DNA from: an uncultured Candidatus Saccharibacteria bacterium
Lineage (GTDB): Bacteria > Patescibacteriota > Dojkabacteria > SC72 > WJKH01
Reading direction: 5' to 3'
Assembly (NCBI GenBank): GCA_964602665.1
Contig: CAZRRH010000002.1
Coordinates: forward strand, 62,171-126,170
DNA: 64,000 bases
In this document: one piece after another, positions 29,894 to 38,411 of the stretch
Layout: each line of letters begins with the position of its first letter
Position numbering within the stretch: the stretch's first letter is position 1
The notes under the pieces: model-generated
Databases searched by the model: none
Seen by the model: the letters and a program-made list of their open reading frames with translations, nothing else
Told to the model about the DNA's origin: nothing
Translations under genes and position numbers: made by a program

Positions 29894-30000
29894 TGTTTTA
29901 AATAATGAAGAGCGGGGCGAGACTTGTCTGTCTATTACAAAGTAATGGGCAGAAGCAGGGTTAGGCCACTATGAAGCGAAGCGAAATAGTAGCGTAAAGT

Positions 30001-30022
30001 CCCGTCTCCCGCTTGTTTTAAA
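30001..30022 (+). repeat. 22-bp perfect direct repeat of the tRNA-Gly 3' end plus trailer (CCCGTCTCCCGCTTGTTTTAAA); first copy at 29881-29902
   Basis: An exact duplicate lies 98 bp downstream of the tRNA, immediately before the 30027 ORF. This is an att-like scar, but no integrase is present. Confidence 0.75.
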
Positions 30023-30026
30023 AACC

Positions 30027-30659
30027 ATGAAAAAGCTTTTACCGTATATAATAATACTGACATCTTTTGTCCTCTCGTTATTTTCTTTGAGCAATTATCC
30101 TTATAAATATGCTGTACATTGGGGAATAACCGGAGAAGCTGATGGATTCGCAACAAATCGATTTGGGCTGTTTTTCATTCCAATAATGCTTCTTGTATTG
30201 CAGGTATTTCTTGTCCTTGTGCCCAAAATTGACCCAAAAAAGAAAAACATCGAAAAGTTTAGTGGCGCATATGAACGATTTATACTGTCTTTTCATCTTT
30301 TGTTCCTTTATTTACAGATAATTATGTTTGTGTGGAATGTAATTTCTGAATTTAACTTTACACAGGTTACTGGCTTAGGTATGGGTCTGTTTTTTATCAG
30401 CATAAGCGATCTTATAAAACATGCAAAATCAAATTACACAATAGGCATTCGCACTCCGTGGACATTGGTAAATGAGCAGATCTGGGATAAAACTCATCAA
30501 CTAGGTGCTAAACTAATTAAGTATATCTCAATAATTGCTATTATAACATTGCCTTTTGCTAAATATTCATTCTTTATTCTTATCGGAGGGGTTTTATTGT
30601 CATTTCTTTTTCTGACATTTTATTCATTCTATTTATTTAAAAAGGATGTTAAGAAATAG
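30027..30659 (+). CDS. polytopic membrane protein (SdpI/DUF1648-like)
   Basis: 210 aa. The N-terminus HWGITGEADGFATNRFGLFFIPIMLL...PKIDPKKKN resembles the SdpI/YfhL family. Low confidence. Confidence 0.35.
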   Translation: MKKLLPYIIILTSFVLSLFSLSNYPYKYAVHWGITGEADGFATNRFGLFFIPIMLLVLQVFLVLVPKIDPKKKNIEKFSGAYERFILSFHLLFLYLQIIMFVWNVISEFNFTQVTGLGMGLFFISISDLIKHAKSNYTIGIRTPWTLVNEQIWDKTHQLGAKLIKYISIIAIITLPFAKYSFFILIGGVLLSFLFLTFYSFYLFKKDVKK

Positions 30660-31143
30660 TTTCATGAATAAGCAAGAAATAAGAGATAAGGTAAAAAAAA
30701 TCAAAATAAGCGATAAAGATAGTAGATCAGCACAGATTAGAGCAGAAATAGTCAAAATAATCGCAAATAGAAATTCTCGAAAAGTATTTATTTATCAAGA
30801 ACTCTCTGATGAAATCGCAGTTTACGAAATTGTTAAATTACTGTCTAATATTTCATTTTATATTCCGATTTTTACATCTAAATGGCAAATAATTTCCAAT
30901 GATAGTAAAGAGCTTTTTGATAATGTAAATGATGCAGGATTTGATAAAAACGATATTTGTATTGTTCCCGGGCGAGCTTTTACTATTAGTGGTTGTAGGG
31001 TAGGCAGGGGTGGGGGATACTATGACAGATACCTTGTCGACTCTATTTGTTATAAAATCGGTGTTTGTTTTAGGGAGCAGATTTTTGAAGAATTGCCTTT
31101 TGAGAAACACGACATTACAATGGATATTGTTTTGGCTGCTTAA
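30646..31143 (+). CDS. 5-formyltetrahydrofolate cyclo-ligase (MTHFS)
   Basis: C-terminal family motif VPGRAFTISGCRVGRGGGYYDRYL. Confidence 0.6.
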   Translation: MLRNSFMNKQEIRDKVKKIKISDKDSRSAQIRAEIVKIIANRNSRKVFIYQELSDEIAVYEIVKLLSNISFYIPIFTSKWQIISNDSKELFDNVNDAGFDKNDICIVPGRAFTISGCRVGRGGGYYDRYLVDSICYKIGVCFREQIFEELPFEKHDITMDIVLAA

Positions 31144-32010
31144 TTATACCGATAAATCTTTTAAGATATATTTGAACATGCGGACAATTGGATCCATACC
31201 AAAAGATCCTGCACCAATACCCATTCCAGGAGAATTGTTTATCTCGATTATGAAGAACTCTCCATTTTCATCTATAGCAATATCAAGCCCAACAAAATTT
31301 ATTGGGATGGCGTTAAATACCCCTTGAGAAAAAGCCTCTAATTTCTCCAGTATATTTGCATCTTGCACAAGAACACCTTTTGCGTTCTCCCAGTGCAAAG
31401 GACTTAAGTTGCCGACAAAAATTGCATCGTCAATGTTCTTTTCATAAGCAAACATAAGCTTTCTTTTATAAGCTATTACTCTGTATTCCTTTTTGATTTT
31501 AATGTATTCTTGTGCGATAGCAATATAATCAAAAGCACCAAATTTGCGTGATCTACTAAATATCCTTCTTAATGCTGAAAGAATATCTGCTCTGTTATTG
31601 CATAAGTATACATTATGTCCTTGCGAGCCAAAATTTCTTTTTAAAACGATTGGATATTTAAAGTTTTTTTCGATATCGTTGGCAATGGTTTTTCTTGTTG
31701 GGAACTCCAATAGTGGTAAGTATTTTTCGTTTAAATTAGGTGCGAGATAGCTTTTCCACTTAGGTACTTTTATATGTGGTGCTAAAACAGTGTATGAAAG
31801 GTCTTTGTCTTTGCATATTTTTACAATATCTTCTCTGTTAAATGCTTTGTAATGATGTGTAAAGAAAAGATTTGTTTTATTGGGAAGGGTTACTTTGACA
31901 AGAATTTGATGCTTATGAATAATCTCATACTGAATATTTAGCTCTTTGCAAGCCTTTATTAGAGCTAGTTGCGATATCTTTAATCCGGTTCTTGCATCGT
32001 TTTGTTCCAT
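31144..32010 (-). CDS. ATP-grasp enzyme (RimK/alpha-L-glutamate-ligase-like)
   Basis: The ATP-grasp fold shows in IVLKRNFGSQGHNVYL, EYRVIAYK and FVGLDIAIDENGEFFIIEINNSPGMGI. Co-directional with and adjacent to fhs and glyA. Confidence 0.55.
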   Translation of the reverse strand: MEQNDARTGLKISQLALIKACKELNIQYEIIHKHQILVKVTLPNKTNLFFTHHYKAFNREDIVKICKDKDLSYTVLAPHIKVPKWKSYLAPNLNEKYLPLLEFPTRKTIANDIEKNFKYPIVLKRNFGSQGHNVYLCNNRADILSALRRIFSRSRKFGAFDYIAIAQEYIKIKKEYRVIAYKRKLMFAYEKNIDDAIFVGNLSPLHWENAKGVLVQDANILEKLEAFSQGVFNAIPINFVGLDIAIDENGEFFIIEINNSPGMGIGAGSFGMDPIVRMFKYILKDLSV

Positions 32011-32102
32011 TATATAATTATACTATAAAACAGCTGATTTTACAAGAGTTCCACTGCATAAGGGTCACCAATAATTCATAATAATAAAGGCAAATTAATT
32101 TT

Positions 32103-33806
32103 CTACGACAACCCGACAATATTACCATCTTCATCTATGTCTATAATTTGCGCATTTGGATGAGAGGATAACCCGGGCATAAGGCGCATTTTGCCAAGCA
32201 TTGCGACTATAAAGCCGGCTCCTGCAGAGACTTTTACTTCTCTTACAGTTATATCAAAGTTTGTTGGTCTGCCGACTTTAGTTGGATCATCAGATAAAGA
32301 AAGATGAGTTTTGGCCATGCAGATTGGAAGTTTATCCATACCATTTTGCTCTATTAATTTGATCGATTTATCAGCTTCTTCGGTATATTTTACGTTATTT
32401 GCACCGTAAATATTCTGCGCAATTTTGCTTATTTTATCTTTAATGCCTTCTTTTTCATCATACAGAAGTTTAAAATTCTTATCACCTTTTTCTATTACTT
32501 GTACGACAGCGGTTGCTAGATCAATTCCGCCATCAGCTCCTTTGGCAAAAACTTCGCTTATTACGCTTTGATCAGCCCCAAGTTCACTTGCGCGATTCTT
32601 TACATACTCGACCTCTTTATCTGTGTCTGTTGGAAATCTGTTTATCGCAACAATTACAGGTACACCAAATAACTTAGCGTTTTCAATCTGTTTAGCGAGA
32701 TTTCCGATTCCTTGCTCGATACTCTCAATATCTTCTTGTATAAGTTTTTTGGGCAATTTTTTGCCTGGTTTAATATCGAATTTACCGCTGTGGTACTTAA
32801 GTGCTCTTACTGTTGCGACTATTATTACAGCATCAGGCGTTAGTCCGCTATATCTGCATTTTATATTCATAAATTTCTCCATACCAATATCAGCACCAAA
32901 ACCAGCTTCTGTGATAAGATAATCTGCCATCTTAATTCCGATAAGATCTGCTATTATCGAGCTGTTACCGTGTGCGATATTTGCAAATGGTCCGGCATGT
33001 ATAATTGCTGGTGTATTATCTAGTGTTTGCACGAGATTTGGTTTTATCGCGTCTTTCATTATTACCGCCACACTTCCCGCAACTTTTAGATCTCCTATTG
33101 TGACAGGTTTACCGTCTGTATTGTATGCAACTACAGTTCTTGCAACTCGAGCTTTTAGATCTTGCAAATCATTAGCAAGTGCAAGTATTGCCATTATCTC
33201 TGAAGCTACGGTTATGTCAAACCTTGTCTCTCGTTCTATACCAAACTCTTTTGGGTCTTTATTATCACCAATGCGGACTTTGCGAAGTGCCCTGTCGCTT
33301 ACATCAAGGACTCTTGGCCATATAATTTTATCAGGATCTATTTTGAGTTTATTTCCTTTAAGAAGATGGTTGTCTATTATTGCTGCAACAAGGTTATGTG
33401 ATGCAGTGATTGCGTGTATATCGCCAGTGAAATTTAGATTAAACTCCTCCATTGGAATAACTTGTGCGTATCCACCACCTGCTGCACCACCTTTTATGCC
33501 AAATGTCGGGCCCATTGATGGCTGTCTTATTGCTATCACGCTGTTTTTACCAATTTTGTGCATAGCCTGTCCAAGTCCAACTGTGGTTGTTGTTTTGCCC
33601 TCACCAAGTGGAGTGGGCGTTATTGCTGACACAACAATGTATTTGGCGTTTGGGCGATTTTGCAATCTCTTGCGTACTGATAAATCGATTTTGGCTATAT
33701 ATTTGCCGTACTGATCGTACTCATCAGGATTAAGACCTAGCTTTTTTGCTATGTCTGTTATTGGGAGTTTTTTTGCTTCCCGTGCAATTTCCAAATCAGT
33801 TTTCAT
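32103..33806 (-). CDS. fhs: formate--tetrahydrofolate ligase
   Basis: FTHFS signature PTPLGEGKTTTTVGL with full-length similarity. I place the start at the internal Met (MKTDLEIAREAK), which removes the overlap with glyA that the ORF-track start at 33851 creates. Confidence 0.85.
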   Translation of the reverse strand: MKTDLEIAREAKKLPITDIAKKLGLNPDEYDQYGKYIAKIDLSVRKRLQNRPNAKYIVVSAITPTPLGEGKTTTTVGLGQAMHKIGKNSVIAIRQPSMGPTFGIKGGAAGGGYAQVIPMEEFNLNFTGDIHAITASHNLVAAIIDNHLLKGNKLKIDPDKIIWPRVLDVSDRALRKVRIGDNKDPKEFGIERETRFDITVASEIMAILALANDLQDLKARVARTVVAYNTDGKPVTIGDLKVAGSVAVIMKDAIKPNLVQTLDNTPAIIHAGPFANIAHGNSSIIADLIGIKMADYLITEAGFGADIGMEKFMNIKCRYSGLTPDAVIIVATVRALKYHSGKFDIKPGKKLPKKLIQEDIESIEQGIGNLAKQIENAKLFGVPVIVAINRFPTDTDKEVEYVKNRASELGADQSVISEVFAKGADGGIDLATAVVQVIEKGDKNFKLLYDEKEGIKDKISKIAQNIYGANNVKYTEEADKSIKLIEQNGMDKLPICMAKTHLSLSDDPTKVGRPTNFDITVREVKVSAGAGFIVAMLGKMRLMPGLSSHPNAQIIDIDEDGNIVGLS

Positions 33807-33825
33807 CACTTTTCTTAAGATTATT

Positions 33826-35070
33826 TTAATTATTAATTCCCGGTATTTCAAATTTGCTCATATAGGAGGCTACTTTAGCTCTTAATTTGCTCAAATAAGA
33901 CTCATCTTTTCTATTTTTTAGTGCTTTGTCAATTGAGTCAGCGACAAACTCCATGTCTTTCTCAACTAAACCTCTTGTGGTTATTGCTGGAGTACCTATT
34001 CGGACGCCTGATGGATCCCAAGGCTTGCGAGGATCGTTTGGTATACCGTTTTTATTTAGTGTAATATTTGCAAGCTCCAAAGTATCGCTAGCGATTTTGC
34101 CTGTGAGACCATTTTGTGTTGTCACATCGACAAGCATAAGGTGGTTATCTGTTCCGCCTGATATAATTCGATAGCCCTTGTCCATAAGTAACTTTGATAA
34201 ATAAGCTGCATTAGCAATAATCTGCTTAGCATATGCTTTGAAATCATCCTGGCTTGCTTCTTCTAACGCAACGGCAATTCCTGCAGTAGTGTGATTATGT
34301 GGTCCACCTTGCAATCCTGGGAATACAGCTCCGTCAATCTTCTCGGCAAACTCTTTTTTGCACATAATCATCGCGCCTCTTGGTCCTCTTAGCGTCTTAT
34401 GTGTAGTAGTAGTAACGACATCAGCGTATGGGAATGGATTTGGATGGACTCCTCCTGCGATTAATCCTGCTATGTGAGCTATATCTGCAACGAGAATTGC
34501 TCCGACTTCATCGGCTATCTCTTTAAATTTCGCAAAATCTATTATGCGTGGATAAGCTGACCCTCCTGCCCATATAAGTTTAGGCTGGTGCTTTTTTGCG
34601 ATATCTCTAACTTCATCGTAATCTATATAGCCGTTTTTGTCTACACCGTAAGATGCAGAATTAAAATATTTACCAGTAATGCTAACTTTAAAACCGTGTG
34701 TGAGATGGCCACCAGCAGATAATGCCATCCCAAGTGTGCGATCGCCGGCGTCAAGAAATGCAAAATGCACAGCGAGATTTGCGGGAGAACCTGAATATGG
34801 TTGGACATTAGCATGCTCTGCATTAAATAACTTGCAAGCACGCTCTTTTGCAAGATCTTCTATCTCGTCGATAAACTCATTGCCTGCATAATATCTTTTA
34901 CTTGAGTATCCTTCTGAGTATTTGTTTGTTAAAATAGAACCCATTGCCTCAAGTACTGCTGATGAGACATAGTTTTCGGAAGCGATTAACTCGATTCCTT
35001 CTTTTTGGCGTTTAGCCTCGCTTTTTATAGCGTTGTAGACCTTTTGGTCTTGGTTTTGTAAAGTGGACAT
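33826..35070 (-). CDS. glyA: serine hydroxymethyltransferase
   Basis: Motifs NKYSEGYSSKRYYAGNEFID, HLTHG and the PLP-Lys region VVTTTTHKTLRGPRG. Confidence 0.9.
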   Translation of the reverse strand: MSTLQNQDQKVYNAIKSEAKRQKEGIELIASENYVSSAVLEAMGSILTNKYSEGYSSKRYYAGNEFIDEIEDLAKERACKLFNAEHANVQPYSGSPANLAVHFAFLDAGDRTLGMALSAGGHLTHGFKVSITGKYFNSASYGVDKNGYIDYDEVRDIAKKHQPKLIWAGGSAYPRIIDFAKFKEIADEVGAILVADIAHIAGLIAGGVHPNPFPYADVVTTTTHKTLRGPRGAMIMCKKEFAEKIDGAVFPGLQGGPHNHTTAGIAVALEEASQDDFKAYAKQIIANAAYLSKLLMDKGYRIISGGTDNHLMLVDVTTQNGLTGKIASDTLELANITLNKNGIPNDPRKPWDPSGVRIGTPAITTRGLVEKDMEFVADSIDKALKNRKDESYLSKLRAKVASYMSKFEIPGINN

Positions 35071-35140
35071 AAATATAAATTTTAAATTTTAAATTTTAAA
35101 TGCTAAATTTTAGATTTTAAATTTTAGATTTCAGATTTTA
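35071..35140. repeat. A/T-rich tandem repeat array (AAATTTTAAA / TTTAGATTTTAAA units) between the four-helix-bundle gene stop and the glyA start
   Basis: It contains TAAATTTTAGATTTTAAATTTTAGATTTCAGATTTTAAA. This belongs to the same motif family as the 13475-13544 array. Confidence 0.7.
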
Positions 35141-35142
35141 AA

Positions 35143-35502
35143 TTAAATAAGTGGTTTTTTCTTTGAACAGCTGATAACAATTTTTGTTAGTATTTTAATT
35201 ATTTCTTCAATATCTATAAGTAAATTAGAGCATTCTGCATCAACTAAGTTACTTTCTTTAAGCAAATTTAGCCAGTATCTTGTCTCTCTTGCTTCTTTTG
35301 ATGCGATTGACATCTTATGTGTAAAGTCCTTTTTACTTTGTCCTGCAAGAGCCTCTTCAATATTTGCGCCAATGCTCGTACCGCTTCTAAGTAATTGCTT
35401 AGATAGAATATATTCTTTTTCTGCTATTAAAATTTTATAAAATTTAATTATGTTTAAGCTAAAAACAAACGCCTTCTTTTGAATTATATTTTCTGTTTTC
35501 AA
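35143..35502 (-). CDS. four-helix-bundle protein of the '23S rRNA intervening-sequence protein' family
   Basis: The family pattern is KEYILSKQLLRSGTSIGANIEEALAGQSKKDFTHKMSIASKEARETRYWLNLL. It uses a TTG start. Confidence 0.6.
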   Translation of the reverse strand: MKTENIIQKKAFVFSLNIIKFYKILIAEKEYILSKQLLRSGTSIGANIEEALAGQSKKDFTHKMSIASKEARETRYWLNLLKESNLVDAECSNLLIDIEEIIKILTKIVISCSKKKPLI

Positions 35503-35589
35503 TACAAATTTTAAACTCTAAATTTAGAAGTTTCATTTTATTTTACCTCTCTAATGATTAAAAAATCCTGAATTATAAATGATAATACT

Positions 35590-35680
35590 CAATTCAAAAT
35601 TCAAAATTTAGAATTTAAAATTACAAATTGTAAATCCTTTGCCTTTAATTCAAAATTTAAACTTTAGAATTTAAAATTGT
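35590..35680. repeat. A/T-rich repeat array (TTCAAAATT / TTTAGAATTTAAAATT units) overlapping the 3' end of the ABC ATPase gene
   Basis: The sequence is ATTCAAAATTCAAAATTTAGAATTTAAAATT...TTCAAAATTTAAACTTTAGAATTTAAAATTG. This is the reverse-complement orientation of the 13489 unit. The last six codons and the stop of the 35657..36463 gene lie inside it. Confidence 0.7.
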
Positions 35681-36463
35681 TCTGTATTTCTTCACCACCT
35701 CTTTTGGTGTACCATCTATTGCAACTTGTCCTTCATTGATAAGAATTGCTCTAGTGCAGAATTTCTCGACTAGCTCTAAATCATGAGATACAAAAATTAC
35801 CGTTTTATCTTTTTTGCGGAAACTCTCAAATTCATTAAAACACTTCTTCTGAAAATTGGCGTCACCAACTGCTAATACCTCGTCCATTATGTAAATATCG
35901 GCGTATGAGCGGATAGCGATTGAGAAAGCGAGTCTGACCTGCATACCTGAGGAGAAATTTTTAAGCGGCATATCAAGGAACTCTTCAAGCTCCGAGAATG
36001 CGACGATACTGTTAAATTTATCCTCAACCTCTTTGCGCGACATGCCAAGTATTACACCATTTAGATAGATATTGTCACGAGCTGTTAATTCTGGGTTAAA
36101 GCCAACACCAAGCTCCAGAAAAGGCACCAAAATACCTCTTACTTTGATTTTACCTTGGTTTGGCAAGTAAATTCCTGACATTATCTTAAGAAGGGTCGAT
36201 TTGCCTGATCCGTTATTTCCAAGTATTCCAACAAATTCGCCTTTTTCGACCTTAAAAGAGACATTTTTTAAAACTTCGAGTTTTCTTTTGCCATCGTTGC
36301 TAATCCATTTGTGCGGTTTTGCGAGTCTTTGGATTAGGGTGTCTGTTTTCTCTGTTGGTATGTTAAAGTGTTTACTTACATCTGACACGATAAGTGAGTA
36401 ATCATGTTCTTGTACGATTTTTTTTTGCTTGGTTTTTGCCATATTTTTAAAAAAATTCTGCAA
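35657..36463 (-). CDS. polysaccharide/teichoic-acid ABC exporter ATP-binding protein (Wzt/TagH-like)
   Basis: Walker A GILGNNGSGKSTLLK, signature FSSGMQVRLAFSIA and Walker B IYIMDEVLAVGD. It is paired with an ABC-2 permease. Confidence 0.75.
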   Translation of the reverse strand: MQNFFKNMAKTKQKKIVQEHDYSLIVSDVSKHFNIPTEKTDTLIQRLAKPHKWISNDGKRKLEVLKNVSFKVEKGEFVGILGNNGSGKSTLLKIMSGIYLPNQGKIKVRGILVPFLELGVGFNPELTARDNIYLNGVILGMSRKEVEDKFNSIVAFSELEEFLDMPLKNFSSGMQVRLAFSIAIRSYADIYIMDEVLAVGDANFQKKCFNEFESFRKKDKTVIFVSHDLELVEKFCTRAILINEGQVAIDGTPKEVVKKYRTILNSKV

Positions 36464-37214
36464 TCCTCTTAACTGTGGGTTTAAAATAGTTATATCCCAT
36501 AGATGTAAATAAAAATATTATTGAGAAAAGGAGGAATATCGTTGCGAAATCGTTTATGCTTACTTTATCGGCCTCTAAAAGCCCAGTGCGGAAAGCTTGG
36601 AGGATATGTGTTAGTGGATTAAGTTTAATAATCCTAGCGAGATTGTCTGGAAGCTGATCAACGCTATAAAGAATCGGAGTACCCCAAAACACCATTTGTA
36701 AGCCAAGCTCTACTAGATGATGCAGGTCTTTCATAAGAATATTGCCAAGACTTGTGAAGAAAGAGATAGACAAAATAAGCAGGTATAGTGTAAGTAGAGA
36801 GAATATAACTAATAATAGACCCCAAAAAGAGAGCTTTATTCCTGCTGCTATAGCAAATACTAGAAGTATGCCAAGATTAACAAGAAAATTAATAAGTGCA
36901 ACGGCCGTCGAACTGAATATAACAACCTCTCTTGGGAAGTTGATTTTTAGTATTATGTGAGACTTGTTTTCTAGGCACTTAAGACCAAGAGTTATGCCAT
37001 CATTGAAGTAGTTTGATATCATGATACCAGAAAGTAGGAAGAGGCTATTTTGATCTCGTGTGCGAAATATAGATGTCCAAATAAAATATAGTATAGAGAA
37101 TAATGCTAGGGGTTTAATTACCATCCATAAGAAGCCAAGCGCGGAGTTTTTATATCTATGTTTGAAGTCTGTTTTGACAAATTCATTTAGTAGATCGATA
37201 TAGTTTTTAAACAT
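36447..37214 (-). CDS. ABC-2 type polysaccharide exporter permease (Wzm/TagG-like)
   Basis: 255 aa with six TM helices and ABC-2 family architecture. Upstream of and overlapping the ATPase gene. Confidence 0.7.
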   Translation of the reverse strand: MFKNYIDLLNEFVKTDFKHRYKNSALGFLWMVIKPLALFSILYFIWTSIFRTRDQNSLFLLSGIMISNYFNDGITLGLKCLENKSHIILKINFPREVVIFSSTAVALINFLVNLGILLVFAIAAGIKLSFWGLLLVIFSLLTLYLLILSISFFTSLGNILMKDLHHLVELGLQMVFWGTPILYSVDQLPDNLARIIKLNPLTHILQAFRTGLLEADKVSINDFATIFLLFSIIFLFTSMGYNYFKPTVKRIAEFF

Positions 37215-37292
37215 GGTTTGTATTGTATCATATGATCATGTTTTAGGCAATTATTTTTCTGTTTTTTTGGCTGTTGTTATTATGATGTCAGG

Positions 37293-37320
37293 TTGACAAA
37301 AATTGTCATAGAGGTATAAT
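37293..37320 (+). promoter_or_regulatory. sigma70-type promoter TTGACA-16 bp-TATAAT for the galE-like gene, with a -35-overlapping palindrome TGACAAAAATTGTCA
   Basis: The -35 box is at 37293-37298 and the -10 box at 37315-37320, 40 bp upstream of the 37360 start. Confidence 0.45.
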
Positions 37321-37359
37321 CGAGAAGTAAAGTTTTAATTCAAGGTCTGATTTTAGTAT

Positions 37360-38391
37360 ATGAAAAAAGCTGTTTTAATAACTGGAGGTGCAGGATATAT
37401 CGGCTCACATGCGGTAAAGATGATGCTAGATCAAGGGTATAAGGTTATCGTATTTGATAATCTTTTTAGAGGCTATCAAGAAGCTATTGATACGCTTGCA
37501 AAATATTCGAAAGATAAAGGTCGTGGGGAGCTTCTTTTTTTTAAAGGCGACTTGCAAAAAAAGAATGATATTAAGAAAGTTTTAGCAAAGAATAAGGTTG
37601 GTGGGGTAATGCATTTTGCGGCATTGTGCCTTGTCAATGAGTCAATGGAGCAACCTGCTTTGTATTTTGAAAACAATGTTATGGGGACACTTAATCTGCT
37701 TGAGGCAATGAGAGCGTATGATGTTAAGAATATTATTTTTTCGTCGACTTGTGCAATATATGGTGAATCTAAATATTTACCTATGGATGAGAAACACCCT
37801 GTTAGTCCAATGAATCCCTATGGAGAATCAAAATTAATGGCTGAAAATATAATAAGGTGGTATACAAAACTTCATGGATTTAACAGTATAATTTTTAGAT
37901 ATTTTAATGTATGTGGAGCAGACTCTAGTGGGCTTATTGGCGATAGTAAAAAGCCTTCTCAACTTTTGGTACAAAATGCAGTAAGAGGTGCTATGGGGAT
38001 TGAGAAATTTTATCTTACATGTGGCAAGGTTGATACTCCTGATAAGACCCCTATAAGAGACTATATTGATGTGGAGGATCTTGTCAATGCTCATGGGTTG
38101 GCATATAATAAGTTACAAAATTTAAAAAAAGTTGGCATTGAAACTGTCTATAATCTTGGTAATGGCAAGGGCTGGTCGGTGCTTGAAATTGTGAGTGAAG
38201 TCGAGAAGATTTTTAATGTCAAGTTAAATGCACAGATGGGTGAGATTAGGAAGGGTGAGTATGCGATGGTGTATGCGGATACTAAAAAAGTAAAGAATGA
38301 ACTAAATTGGGCTCCAAGGAAAAATTTATCTGACAGTGTAAAAAGTTTGAAGCTATGGTATGCAAATTATAAGAATGGATGGCATAAATAA
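37360..38391 (+). CDS. galE: NAD-dependent sugar-nucleotide epimerase (UDP-glucose 4-epimerase family)
   Basis: Rossmann motif ITGGAGYIGSH and catalytic YGESK. Confidence 0.7.
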   Translation: MKKAVLITGGAGYIGSHAVKMMLDQGYKVIVFDNLFRGYQEAIDTLAKYSKDKGRGELLFFKGDLQKKNDIKKVLAKNKVGGVMHFAALCLVNESMEQPALYFENNVMGTLNLLEAMRAYDVKNIIFSSTCAIYGESKYLPMDEKHPVSPMNPYGESKLMAENIIRWYTKLHGFNSIIFRYFNVCGADSSGLIGDSKKPSQLLVQNAVRGAMGIEKFYLTCGKVDTPDKTPIRDYIDVEDLVNAHGLAYNKLQNLKKVGIETVYNLGNGKGWSVLEIVSEVEKIFNVKLNAQMGEIRKGEYAMVYADTKKVKNELNWAPRKNLSDSVKSLKLWYANYKNGWHK

Positions 38392-38411
38392 AATTAACAT
38401 TTAAAATATAA

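Noticed and set aside
29881-30022. Intact integrative mobile element at tRNA-Gly
   Set aside because: Only about 98 bp lie between the direct repeats, and no integrase, excisionase or cargo is present. I report it as a scar or repeat, not as a mobile element.
35143-35502. 23S rRNA gene with an intervening sequence. The four-helix-bundle protein family is often encoded inside 23S IVS.
   Set aside because: No rRNA-like conserved sequence flanks the gene. It is flanked by A/T repeats, glyA and an ABC transporter.
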